A stretch of DNA of 64,000 nt from Octopus bimaculoides (GCF_001194135.2 NC_069004.1:27537021-27601020), one strand, 5' to 3'. Positions 12,998-25,609 are shown, numbered from the stretch's first letter. Numbers and translations: made by a program. Notes: generated by a model not told the origin, from the letters alone.

Positions 12998-13599
12998 GGT
13001 TTATAGGTTTAGACAGGTGTTCTCTTAATAGAATACACTTTAAAGTGCTCAAGAGATTTGACCTGGAGCAGGTAGAATGTAAGGACAAGCAAATTAGGCA
13101 AATCAATTTACACAGAATATTAGATAGATTTAATACAAAAAAAAGTTTTACATTTGAAGTGTTGACAGGATGAAATTTTACACTTCAAAAGTAAAACTCT
13201 CTCCTGAAGTTGGAGGCAGTGTTATCTGATAATGGAACCAAGTGACTATCATTATTATTTCGGACCACCAAGCCCCCAGAAACAGCTGTTAGATTTGTAA
13301 GGCTCAACCCATTCAACTCCTGATATCATTTATATTCTGTCTAAGTCAGACTATTTTATATCCATACACATGTACATTTTTCTATTAAATGTACCTAATA
13401 TTCTGTTTAAATTGACTTGCCTAACTTGTTTGTCATTATATACATATATATATATATGTACATATACACACACATATATGTATATACACACACCCATATA
13501 TATATATTTATAGATATAGATATATACACACACATGCACATACACACATACACACAGCCATTTTCTCAAATAAAATCTACACGATCAACAGATTTTACA

Positions 13600-14543
13600 A
13601 ATGGTGAAGTGACTCTTTTCAAAACTGGATGCTGCATATCCATCATTGAAACCATATAGAGGACCATAGGATTCTCAATTCACGAACGGTACCCTCCTAT
13701 GATTCATCTCGGCGTTCATTTGGAAAATAGGCAGCTAATTTACTTCACAGAAGACAACTTCATTGAAGAAGCAGCTGCCCCACCAAAGACCATTTGCAAG
13801 GCCTTCTTTTACCCATGCAAAGTTGACCTCATTGCGAAGTCTATTTTGTACGCTGAAGTTCCACATTATTATACATGGAATCAATCATCTTCCCAGTGGC
13901 AACGATGTAAACAAGGCCATACTACACAGTTGGATCCAGCTGTGTCGGACGCATTTACACAGTTCACCCCTTGACCTCCGAATGCTTCTGTCTGCAGCTC
14001 TTACTTCATGTCGTTAAAAGACCAACCTCCTTCGACGACCTTCACACAGTGAACGGCCACTTATGCAGCACTTTCAAAGATGCCTGCTCCAAATGGGGAC
14101 TTTTGGATACAAATGATTAATATGATAATGCACTTGAAGAAGCCTCTCTGTGTCATCCTCTGACCAAGCTCTGATACCGTTTTGCAATAATGCTGGTTTT
14201 CTGTAACCTGACAGATGCAGATTCACTTTGCAACAAAATGTCATGGCACATTGAGTCTTTGTATTTATTCCAGACTCGCCAAATCACAGGCAGCGTTGAC
14301 ACACCCACTACCTCATTTACAACAGAGGGCTTCTTCTCTGGGAAGACTTGGTTATGGCAACTGGCAGTCAACAATTGGATGCTTATTCTCTGAGCACTCC
14401 AGACAGAAATGAAGACATCTGTCCCAGTCGCCTCATTCTCAGAAACATCCTACAACATCCACAAACTCAAACTGTACATTGCTGACAACGAGCCCCTTCT
14501 GAATTCCCATTAAGCTGACATATACAATTTTGTCCTGGGAAAC

Positions 14544-14575
<32 letters not shown>

Positions 14576-15018
14576 TGGCTGGATCAACTTCTTAGACGCA
14601 CCCAGTGGAACTGGAAAAACATTCCTCCTGAATCATCTTGTAAAGTTGCAGCATTTTGGTGACCTTGCTATTGCTGTTTCCTCCTCAGGAATAACCTCGA
14701 CTCTTCTTGATAGCTGACAAACAGCTCACACTACCTTCAAATTGACTTTCAATGTAGCAAATCAAGAGAACCCAACGTGTCACATAATGCATTCGTCAGA
14801 TGAAGTGACAATTTTGAAGAACTGCAAACTCATTGTTTGGGATGAAGCAACTATGTCCCATAAATGTTACCTACAAGCACTTGATACCATAATGGGAGAC
14901 CTTAGATCAAACAACAACATCCTTGGAGGTGCGACTCTACTTCTTGCAGGAGATCTTGGACAAACTCTGCCTATCATACCCAAAGGAATACCTGCTGATG
15001 AACTTAATGCCTGCCTTC
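13600..15018 (+). pseudogene. Helitron RepHel fragment (Rep C-terminal region + Pif1-family helicase motifs)
   Basis: GFSIHERYPPMIHLGVHLEN, ILYAEVPHYYTWN...WQRCKQG, Walker A FLDAPSGTGKTFLLN (14589-14633), AVSSSGITSTLL..*QTAHTTFKL, LIVWDEATMSHK, LLAGDLGQTLPIIPKGIPADELNACLR, in the order expected for Helitron helicases; multiple stops/frameshifts and a (CA)n insertion at ~14547. Confidence 0.93.
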
Positions 15019-15486
15019 GTAGGACAGGTGCATTTGCTAGTATATATATATATGTATATATATATAGTCATTGGGCTGTGGCCATGCTGGGGTACTGCTC
15101 TGAAAGGTTTCATTCAAATGAATTGATCCTTATATTTTCTTCTTTTTTTTTTACAGGCTGCTACTTATTCCATTGGTTCCTTTTACTGAACTGCTACATT
15201 ACAGGTGTGAGTGGATTTGTTTGAAGGGAAATGAAAGCTTGCCGTGTGTGTGTGTACATGTATGTGCTTGGGTGTGTGCTTGTGTCTGTATCTCCTTGTT
15301 TTGGCATCATGCAATAGCTTTAAATGAACTTCACCGTTATGGTCCTTATACATTTTTTTTTCCCATTTTCAATTTTCTATGGTAACATTTTCAGCCATGG
15401 GAATAAAAACAAAAATCTTGCTTTGAAGAAGGAAGAGTATCTCTGGCCATAGAAAATCTGCCTCAATGTAATCTGAATAACCTATG

Positions 15487-15615
15487 GAAACTCTGCCAAA
15501 TCAGATTGGAGCCTGGTGTAGCCATCTGGTTTCACCAGTCCTCAGTCAAATCGTCCAACCCATGCTAGCATGGAAAGCGGACGTTAAATAATAATGATGA
15601 TGATGATGATGATGA
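15487..15615 (+). mobile_element. SINE family C' 3' end, little diverged
   Basis: Reverse complement of 1228-1345; (GAT)n tail. Confidence 0.88.
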
Positions 15616-15619
15616 TTTC

Positions 15620-15930
15620 CTGTGCCTGTATGGATTAGACAGGTCATCTTCATCACAACATCTTGCCATTTGTTGCATTGCTTTGTCAATCTCCTTGGTG
15701 AGATTCAACATCCGGAAATCAGATATCGCCACTTCTGCCCATGCCTTCCTTAGTCTTGCTCTTCTATTGTGTTCTTTTCACTTAGAAGTCCTACAATTTC
15801 ATTCATCTGTCATATATCATGTCAGCACTGTTCAGAGTCATCTCTCTTGCACTCTACCCTGGATTCTTCTTATACCCAGTTTTCCTCTCAGCCCACTTGT
15901 ATCACTTCACCCATGACTATTGACATTACA
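15620..15930 (-). mobile_element. RTE-clade LINE 3' fragment, decayed
   Basis: Homologous to 55190-55500 and 57090-57330; includes AAACTGGGTATAAGAAGAATCCAGG on the minus strand (KLGIR motif region). Confidence 0.6.
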
Positions 15931-16515
15931 CACATTTGTGCATGCACGCCCCCACAAGGTTCAGCAAGCAGTGAATGTGAGACGCTTTCATATAGTCACA
16001 TGCATATACATACACAGTCTAGCATGGTAAGTGGATATCAAATTTGTGTTTATATTAGCACATATAAACATTGATAGATACATTACACAACATATATAAG
16101 CAAGCCTTTGTACGAGTGTGGGCGTGTTCATATTTACACACACTTGCACACACAGAGTCTGAATGTGTATATGTATGTGTGTGTGTGTGTGTGTGTATGT
16201 GTATAAACACACCCACACATATATTGTATGAATGTGTATATCTGTTGATATGCGTGTGTCTGCATACAGACATTCATACACACCTTTAAATATAAAGTAT
16301 CCCATTTTAATAAACATATAATTTGCTGTAAAAACTAAACAATGTTTACACCTGAGGATTTTTTTCTTCCCCTCTTCAGGCAGAATAGGGGAAAGATGAA
16401 AATTAAGGTGTAATCACTTCAGTTTTTACAGCAAGACAAAATTGTATGTTTATTAAAATGGTATGCTTTATATTTCCAATTATCCTCTCAAAATGGTGTA
16501 GTGCAATGTGTGTGG

Positions 16516-16549
<34 letters not shown>

Positions 16550-16596
16550 GTGTGTGTGTATATATATATATATATATGGGTGTATGTGTGTGTGTG

Positions 16597-16630
<34 letters not shown>

Positions 16631-17458
16631 CATACGGGTGTATTTATGTGTGTGTGTATATGTATATGAATATATATAGGTACATATCTGTGGGGGGTTG
16701 TTGGTATGTATATACTTATTCTGAGATTGAAACGAAGCATCTGCGTTATTATTCAAATTGTAGTTGTCTGTACATTTACATTCACACATTCATATTTAAT
16801 CCCACACACATATACACAAACACACACATACACACAGTCAGGACATATTTAATGATTATATTAGCTATTAATATGTTTATCAATTATTCAATCTTAAAAT
16901 ATCTTGATGTCATCACTACATGTAACAAGATTTCAAAATTCAATTAGCGCCACATAAACATTAATTGTTATGAAACCAAACATTATTACTAAGTATATAT
17001 TACAATAGTCAGTTTGTATTTTATACTTGCAATATTCTATAAATTATTTTATTCATTACTAAGATTTTAGATTTTTATAACTTTTTCTCTAAGCATTTAA
17101 TTTTATTGTTCCGACAGCATTTTTTATATTTTTGCATAAATTTTCCCCTTTTTTCATTACTATTTTTAATATTAAATTTCGAGATAATTTGCTTGAATTA
17201 TTGAATCAGGTTTTACAAATTGATGCTCTCCCTAATGCTAAGTTATGAAGCAAGAATTCTTTTTCAGCTTCAATGGGCAAGTATAGCAAATTTATGTGCT
17301 ACTTTGTGAGTTGGAAACCATAATTTCTGTTGTTGGTATCTCAACATTTAAAGCATTTAGCTAAGATCGCATATTATTTTTCTCTTTCTCTTTATCTTTT
17401 ACTTGTTTCAGTCATTCAACTGTGCCCAAGCTGGTGCACCACTTTGAAGGATTTAGCT

Positions 17459-17915
17459 CAGTGTTTCTCAACCATTTTTTACCTCTTAAAAAGTTAACCG
17501 TTTTGAATACTGCCAACTCATAAGAGCCAGCTTCCCAGTTTCGTGGCATATATATTCCTCGGCTGGATGAGACGCCAGTCCATCGCAGGATTCCTCATTC
17601 TCGCCAGCTGAGTGGATTGGAGCAATGTGAAATGTTTTGCTCAAGAACACAGCGCATTGCCTAGTCCAGGAATCAAAACCACAATCCTTACCTGTAGACC
17701 CCTTTAATTCCTATTTTACTTTATGGGATCCTCCATAGCCATTTGATGCTAAAAATAAATCCTATTTTTATAATTAAATATTATTAGGAATTGTACAAAA
17801 AAAATTGTTGAAATGTATCATATATTGTAGAAATGTAGCCAATTGATTACACATAAATTATAACAACAAAATCTTATGTGAACCCCACCAAGGGCCATAT
17901 GGACCCTGGTTGAGC
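17459..17915. mobile_element. hAT-type MITE (family of 30841-31139 and 44110-44348) interrupted by a SINE
   Basis: Left TIR CAGTGTTTCTCAACC; TTACCT.TAGACCCCTT..ATTCCTATTTT body shared with 44110; right end GGACCCTGGTTGAG truncated; splits a SINE-A copy (17390-17458 / 17916-18040). Confidence 0.8.
17485..17687 (-). mobile_element. 5'-truncated SINE carrying a V-domain-like segment
   Basis: Minus strand: B-box-like GGTTTTGATTCC, core TGTGTTCTTGAGCAAAACA, then CCTGCGATGGACTGGCGTCTCATCCAG; 6-bp TSD TTACCT (17479-17484, 17688-17693). Confidence 0.7.
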
Positions 17916-18054
17916 TGAACAAATTGACTCTAGCACTTATTTTAAATCTGGTGCTTATCCTGTCAGTGTCTTTTGCCAAATTTCAAAGTTGTAGGTTCCT
18001 AGACAAACGAATGCCAGTTGTGAAGTGGTGGTGGAGGACAAGAATAAAGACATA

Positions 18055-18471
18055 TTTCTTTTATCCTTTACTTGTTTGTCATTAGACTGTGGCCATGCTG
18101 GGGCACCACTTTGAAGAATTTTTAGTCGAATGAATTGACCCTGGTACTTTTTTTTTTTGTAAGCCTGGTATTTATTCTATTTGTCTCTTTGCTGAACTGC
18201 TTAGTTATAAGGATGTAAACAAACACAATTTGTCAAGTGATGGTGGGGGACAAGCACACACATACACATACTCACAAATATATATTCTTTTATTTGTTTC
18301 AGTCATTTGACTGTGGCCATACTGGAGCACCACCTTTAGTCAAACAAATCGACCCCAAGACTTATTCTTTGTAAGCCAGTACTTATTCTACTGGTCTCTT
18401 TTGCTGAACCATTAAGTTATGGAGACGTAAACACACCAACATCGGTTGTCAAAAGATGATGGGGGAGACAA

Positions 18472-18528
<57 letters not shown>

Positions 18529-18862
18529 NNNNNNNNNNNNNNNNNNNNNNNNNNNNNNNNNNNNNNNNNNNNNNNNNNNNNNNNNNNNNNNNNNNNNNNN
18601 NNNNNNNNNNNNACAAGGTTTTGGTTGCCCCAAAGCTATAATAGAAGATACTTGCCCGAGGTGCCACGCAGTGGAACTGAACTCAGAACCATGTGGTTGG
18701 GAAGCAAGCTTCTTACCACACAGCCATGGAAATAAAGCTATAAATGATAATAGTGTGCATGTGGAAATATTGGGTTAAAAACCCTTTGAATAAAAAAAAA
18801 AAAAAAGTGAAAGGCTACCCATGGAGATCAAACCAACATCTATAAGCACTACAAGCATTCTA

Positions 18863-18897
<35 letters not shown>

Positions 18898-19030
18898 ATG
18901 AGTTTCCATTCAGTTTCTGTCTAACAAATTTAATTGCAAGGCATTGAATGGCCTGGGGATGCTGTGCAGTGGAACTGAACCTGAAACCATCTGGTTGCAA
19001 AGCAAGCTTCTTAACCACACAGCCATGCCT
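18055..19030 (-). mobile_element. Cluster of SINE-A copies and fragments (18055-18270, 18285-18730, 18890-19030)
   Basis: Repeated reversed tail, body and head motifs; gap 18529-18612 inside the middle copy. Confidence 0.85.
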
Positions 19031-19730
19031 TCACCTATATTTAGTGAGTTGAAAACCATAACTTCTGCAGTCACTAGTCTGACATTTAACGCATTTAGCC
19101 AATATTGCATGTTTTTTTTTTTTTTTTTTTTTTTTTTTGCCTCTAATACCAACCAGAGACGATGTATTTTCTCCAACCATTTAATTTAAAACAAAAAACG
19201 AAATAATATGGCTTAGCCAGAGTAGGAAGGACAGTTAGTGGTTCATAACTTTTTTTTTTTTTTTCACCGGGTCTCAAAAACTAGCAGAAGAAGCGGAGAG
19301 TCAGGGTGGAGGTGAGAGAGAGAGAGAGAACGCCTCCTGTAGGAAGTTGCGCAATACAATATTATTGAGTTATCCACAACCCTGGTGTGAATGCTCACAA
19401 CACAGTGGACTTCACTAATGGCATACTACCAACCAGTTTACTATATGGAAAAATTTTAATTAAAATATTTGTTTATGGTGTGTGTGCTTGATCAGGTGAA
19501 TGATTTTTTTTTTTTCTTTCTGAATTTGAATATTTGCATCCTGATAAAGCAGTTGTTTTTATGGTTGGTTAATTCTTCTACTCCCATCCATTTAATGTGA
19601 ATAAAGTGAAGGGGCAGTAGTGGTGGTGGAGTAACTTGTTGCCAACCTAGAAAATTTTGGTAAGCTGCTATGTGCCAAGTTGGAACCGATATCTGTTCTC
19701 CAAAATTTCTAATGTATTTGGTGTTAGAGA

Positions 19731-19870
19731 AGCATACACATCACAGATTCCTATCCCTGATCTCTAAGAAATCTTCAGTTTTATTAGGATTAGCAGAATC
19801 ATGAGCATATACATCACAGATTTCTATCCCTGCTCTCTAAGAAAACTTCAGTTTTATTCTTAGGATTGGC
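19731..19870. repeat. Tandem duplication, ~73-bp period, 2 copies
   Basis: AGCATA(C/T)ACATCACAGATT(C/T)CTATCCCTG..CTCTAAGAAA..TTCAGTTTTATT at 19731 and 19804. Confidence 0.92.
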
Positions 19871-20282
19871 AACGTTATTTATTCTGGTTCTATATGTCCA
19901 AACTTTAAATCCTGCCAAAGTAAACATTGCCCTTCATCCTTTTCCAGACCCAATAAAATATTGACCAAGTACTTACATTGATATAATCGACTGTTCTCTC
20001 CTTCAATTTCTAGCCTCCTGCCTAGATAAGAAATCATTCTGGTTCTTTACATTCTGAAATCTCACTGAGGTTGGCTTTGATTTTCATTCTTTTGTGACTG
20101 ATTCAATACAGTACCAGTCAAATACTGAGATCAATATTATTGGCTAAACCCCTTCCTTTAAAATGCTGGCCTTGTGCCAGAATTTCAAATCATTTAAAAA
20201 GCAGCAACTTGGCAGAACTGTTCGTGTTGAAAAGAAATTGCTTTGTGGCATTTTTTTTTTTGGCTCTTTGTCTTTTATTTTT

Positions 20283-20650
20283 TTACTTTTCAGTTTTTAG
20301 ACTGTGGCCATGCTGGGGCACCACCTTAAAGAATCTTTAATCGAATGAACTGACACCAGTCTTTTTTTGTTTGTTAAGCCTGGTACTCATTCTACCAATC
20401 TCTTTTGCTGAACTGCTAAGTTATAGGGAATGGTGGTCAAGCTGTGGTGGGGGACAAACATGGACACACACACACACACACACACACATCTATATATGAC
20501 CTGCTTCTTTCAGTTTCCATCTACCATATCCACTCACAAGGTTTTGGATGGCCTGAGGTGGTAGTGAAAGACTCTTGCTCAAGTTTCCACACAGTGGGAC
20601 TGAACCTGAGACCATGTAGTTGGGAAGCAAGCTTCTTACCACACAGCCAC
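20283..20650 (-). mobile_element. SINE family A
   Basis: Collinear with young copies. Confidence 0.85.
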
Positions 20651-20834
20651 GTCTGTAAAGTATCAGTCAAGTAATGGGATTGATGTAATCAACTATCTCC
20701 GTCTCCTAAAATTTCTGGCTTTGTACCAAAATTAGAAAGACGTCTTTTTCTTATAATAATAATAATAATAATAATATTAGTAATTATAGCAATAAAAGAA
20801 ATCATTATTATAATGATAAAAGAAATCATTAGGG

Positions 20835-21026
20835 TAGCAAGCTAGCAGAATTATTACCACACCAGGCAAAATGCTTAGTGGTATTTTATCTGTCTTTACA
20901 TACTGAGCTCAAATTCCACCAAGGTTGACTTTTCCTTTCATCCTTTCAGGGTCAATGATCACTGGGGTCATTGTAATTGACTTGTTCTATTACCTAAAAT
21001 TGATGGCCTTGTTCCAAAATTTGAAA

Positions 21027-21075
<49 letters not shown>

Positions 21076-21300
21076 GGTGGCGAGCTGGCTGAATCATAAG
21101 CATGCTGGGTGAAATACTTAGAGGTATTTTGCCCGTCACTATGCTCCGAGTTCAAATTCCACTAAGGTCGACTTAGGCCTTTCATCCTCTCAGGGTCAAT
21201 AAACCAGTGAAACACTGGGGTTGATGTAATCAACTAGTCCCCTCCCCCAAATTTCAGGCCTTGAGCCTGTAGTAAATAGGATTGTTATGATTGTTGTTGT
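20835..21300 (+). mobile_element. Tandem SINE-B2 copies separated by (ATT)n
   Basis: A-box-like TGGCTGAATC and B-box GAGTTCAAATTCC; copies at ~20835-21027 and 21075-21285; (ATT)n at 21028-21074. Confidence 0.88.
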
Positions 21301-21311
21301 TCAAAAGCGTT

Positions 21312-21660
21312 ATTATTATTTTTGCATTACTACTGAATTTACTGTATGTACTTAGTTTACATGCAGTGTTTTGGTTTGGATTTTGGATTCTAAAGAATTC
21401 TTTACAATATGTATGCAAAACATAGTACTACATGTTGTGTTTACATGTAAGGTCTGGAGGTTTGGTGTTTATGTATTTGCTTGCATGTTTTTTTTAAAAT
21501 CATTCCCCAAGCGCCTGTTTTTATAAGAATTGTTTTTGTTTTCAGTCTCCACAGTGTAGTTATCTCATTTTCCAGGTTTTTATATTTAAATATTTCAGAG
21601 CTGTATTCACCTGGCAAAGCAATTTGATCTGAGACTGTGTTGAAACTAAAGCAATTACAG
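21312..21660 (-). pseudogene. R4/Dong-clade LINE 3' end (RLE domain remnant), decayed
   Basis: FKYKNLENEITTLWRLKTKTILIKTGAWGMI and VVLCFAYIL*RIL align with the C-terminus of the 25783-26516 element; short TTA run at 21312. Confidence 0.75.
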
Positions 21661-21790
21661 TGTGAAAGACACTTAGTAGTCACTCAAAAAACACACAAAA
21701 ACTGTTAACTCCGCTTAAACATTTATTATTTGGTGTCAAAATTTTCATCGCACCAAGTGCAACCTGGTCATTCACCCCCATACACGCACA

Positions 21791-22018
21791 TATTGAGAGA
21801 TAATGTTTATCCCCACTTAAACATGGATGTTTTATTAGAACAAACTATACTGTGGTTGTTACCTTCAGAGAAACTTTCATATTGGCTTTTTGGTGTAAAA
21901 TGCACTCTTTTAGTACCAGAAAGCCAACGTGAGAGATTTTCTTACGGTAACTACTGCAGTATGGTTTGTTCTAATAGAACATCCACGTTTAAATGGTGAC
22001 AAATATTATCTTTCAATG
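21791..22018. repeat. Long imperfect fold-back (~105-bp arms, ~20-nt loop), probable palindromic MITE
   Basis: 21791-21894 versus the reverse complement of 21915-22018, about 80% identical by eye. Confidence 0.88.
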
Positions 22019-22047
22019 TCAATACTGTCTCTGTCACTTATGTATAG

Positions 22048-22445
22048 GTGAAGGCATGGCTGTGTGATGAGAAGCTTGCTTCCCAATCACATAGTTCCAG
22101 GTTCAGTCCCACTGCATGGTACCTCGAACAAGTATCCTTTGCTATAGCCCCAGGCTGACCAAAACATTGTGAGTGGATTTGGTAGGCTGAAACTGAAAGA
22201 AGCCGGTGTGTGTATTTATGTGTGCTTTTGTGTGTCTGTTTGTACCCCCCCCCCCAATTATGTGACAACTGATGGTGTGTTTATGCTCCCATAACTTAGC
22301 AGTTCAGCAAAACAGATTGATAAAATAAGTACTAGGCTTACAAAGAATAAGTCCTGTTGTCAATTTCTTCAACTAAAGAACCCTTTAAGGCAATGCTCCA
22401 GCATGGCTGCAGTCAAATGACCGAAACAAATAAAAGAATAAAAGA
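22048..22445 (+). mobile_element. SINE family A, full length
   Basis: Head GGCATGGCTGTGTG to tail AATAAAAGAATAAAAG. Confidence 0.88.
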
Positions 22446-22460
22446 ATATACATATATATA

Positions 22461-22695
22461 TCATCATCATCATCATCATCATCGTTTAACGTCCGCTTTC
22501 CATGCTAGCATGGGTTGGACGATTTGACTAAGGACTGGTGAAACCGGATGGCAACACCAGGCTCCAGTCTAATTTGGCAGAGTTTCTACAGCTGGATGCC
22601 CTTCCTAACGCCAACCACTCAGAGAGTGTAGTGGGTGCTTTTACGTGTCACCCGCACGAAAACGGCCACGCTCGAAATGGTGTCTTTTATGTGCC
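22461..22695 (-). mobile_element. SINE family C', little diverged
   Basis: Matches 1228-1475. Confidence 0.88.
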
Positions 22696-22917
22696 ATATA
22701 TATATATATATATATATGCAAAGATAAATTTCTAAATTTTGGATGGTAGGGATATAGAATCCAAGTGGGTGCTGTAGTCGCCTTTACTAGTTATTAATGC
22801 CGCCTAACCTCTGTGAGTGTATAAAAAAGTCCAGTTAGTTTGATTTACTTAGTCTATCTTCACATCGGTAAAAATCTATATGTCTCTATAGAGACTGCAT
22901 GTTTTCAGTTGAGAAAA

Positions 22918-23277
22918 TAATGAGTTTATAATAAAGGAGAATAGAGATTTATATCCAGTAATTGACTAATGCGCACTGCAAAATTTGCATCTTTATGTGC
23001 ATTGTTCAGATAGAATCTAAACTAAATACAAGTGCAACTGGAATACATGTGGTGTTGTCTTTGTTCCAATGACAACACCAGTGATTCAACACAATGTGGT
23101 TGAATCCACCCTGATGAAGTGGCGACTAACAATAAGTGCACATAAAGATGCAGATTTTGCAGTGTGCATTAGCTAAGCAATTGCTGCAGAAACATGTGTA
23201 GGTGTAGAAACAGAAAGAATTAACTGAAGAATAAAACTAGATATAAATCTCTATTCACCTTTATTATAAATTCATTA
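22918..23277. repeat. Nested inverted-repeat element (outer 42-bp arms, inner 36-bp arms, two small hairpins in the loop)
   Basis: 22918-22959/23236-23277 (39/42) and 22966-23001/23137-23172 (34/36); GGTGTTGTC..GACAACACC and GATTCAAC..GTTGAATC inside. Confidence 0.9.
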
Positions 23278-23714
23278 TATATATATATAATTGTCGACTG
23301 GGATTTATACTTTGATTTGAAGCTACTTCCTTTCCTGTTGTCTTTGACAACAATATTCAGCTGTTTAATCACGAGCTGTCTGTGTGGATTGTCATATCCC
23401 AGGGTATGGTCATTTTATGATTTTCTGAGACCTTTACAGGTTATGTTTATACAATATCTTCATGGTATTTCATAATACTGGTCTAACTTCCAGTTATATT
23501 CTGTTATGCAAGTAAATATACTCTTTCTTGGCTTGAGACAGGACACTCAAAGACAGCCTGGTTAATTGTTTTTCCCAACTTATACTTATTTTGCAGTTAC
23601 TCCATATTTTCTGCTTCATTATATCATTTGGTGGTCTCTGGTGATTAGGTATTGATCTTAGGTCACAATTATGAATAATTCTTTTGCCTTAGCTTTTAGT
23701 CTTCTGCTCCTATA

Positions 23715-24060
23715 CCCTTTCATTTGTTTCAGTCATTGAACTGCAGCCAAACAAATCAACCCAAGTATCTATTTTTTTCACGTCTGGTATTTATTCTATC
23801 ATTCTCTTTTGCCAAACTGCTAAGTTACTTGGATGTAAACAAACCAACACCAGTAGTCAAGCGACGGTGACAGACAAACAAAGACACACACACACACACA
23901 TAATGAGCTTCTGCAGTTTCTGTCCCGATTTGCTCACAATGCACTGGTCAGTCTGGGGCTACAGTGGTTGACCCTTGCCCAATGTGCTAGGCAGCAGGAC
24001 CGAACCGAAAGCCATGTGGCTGCAAAGCAAGCTGTTTAACCACACAGTCAAGCCCATGCC
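23715..24060 (-). mobile_element. SINE family A, diverged
   Basis: Collinear motifs. Confidence 0.75.
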
Positions 24061-24880
24061 TATTACAATTTTATTTCTACTTTGCTTTGTTTTGTTTTTA
24101 CAGTTATTGGCCATGTAAGGGGATTTTTTCTTGCTTTTGCTTTTAGCATAGCCTTCTGTAAACATATTTTTACTTCAGATTTTAGCCTGTTCATATTTTC
24201 TGTTGACATTTCTCCTTTACTTCGCAATCATCTGTTATTTCAGCTTCTGTTTTGTATTTGTCGGCATCTTTGAAGAGAAAACAGTTGTGGTGTTCATATT
24301 TTATAGCTAGTTTTCTGTTATTCTGAGTGAGATATTTTTATTTGCCCTACAGTAGGTATTTTGCATTAGTTTTTTTTAGTTGCATGAGACACCTACCTAC
24401 CTACCTACCTACCTACCTACCTACCTCTATATAGGCTAAATATGATATTTCTATGTCAGATTTTGCTTGGGATACTTTATATGCATTCATTATTTCTCAT
24501 GTTTTACTACTTACCCTTGCTAATTTATCTAGTATCTTATTGAGAATATTATTATCATTTATCTCTGGGACTATTAAATATTGATAATTTTTGCCTTATT
24601 TTTTGCATTTAACTCTGCTCTAAGCAATAACCTGATTCATCATCATTTAATGTCTGTTTTTTCATGCATGCGTGGGTCAGACAAAATTTCTTGTAACCAC
24701 CCTTCACTTATTTACAAGCAAGGTGATATTTTCCCCATAGCTAGACATGATTTTTTTACTGAAAATTAAAAATGTACAAACTTGCTTATATCATGATCCT
24801 ACTCATTTACAACCATCAAGTGATGTCTAGACAAGGGCACACACTCTCACTCACAAACACACGTGCTTATATATACATAT

Positions 24881-25092
24881 ACTCTTTTACTCTTTTACTT
24901 GTTTCAGTCATTTGACTGTGGCTATGCTGGAGCACCGCCTTTAGTTGAGCAAATCGAAGCCAGGACTTATTCTTTGTAAGCCTAGTACTTATTCTATCGG
25001 TGTCTTTTGCCGAACTGCTAAGTTACGGGGACGTAAACACACCAGCATCGGTTGTCAAGCGATGTTGGGGGAACAAACAGACACACAAACAC

Positions 25093-25123
<31 letters not shown>

Positions 25124-25362
25124 NNNNNNNNNNNNNNNNNNNNNNNNNNNNNNNNNNNNNNNNNNNNNNNNNNNNNNNNNNNNNNNNNNACATATATACG
25201 ACGGGCTTCTTTCAGTTTCCATCTGCCAAATCCACTCACAAGGCTTTGGTCGGCCCGAGGCTATAGTGGAAGACACTTGCCCAAGGTGCCACGCAGTGGG
25301 ACTGAACCCAGAACCATGTGATTGGTAAGCAAGCTACTTACCACACAGCCACTCCTGCGCCT
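24881..25362 (-). mobile_element. SINE family A, full length, very little diverged
   Basis: Near-identical to 9755-10146 and 32098-32500; CpGs retained; gap in the linker. Confidence 0.93.
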
Positions 25363-25609
25363 ATATACTCATGCATTTGCAAACACACACACACACACAC
25401 ACATAAATCAATGACAGGCTGCTTTCGGTTTCTGTGTACCAAACCCACTCACAGCGCTATAGTAGAAGACATTTTCCCCATTGTATAGTGGGTTGTACAT
25501 TGTCCCATTCATTGTTTCTTAGGTATTTACATGTGTTTGTGTTTATATTTTTTCCTTATCACAGTTTCTTCATCTAGCATGATATTAGGGTTATTAATTA
25601 ATTTTCCTT

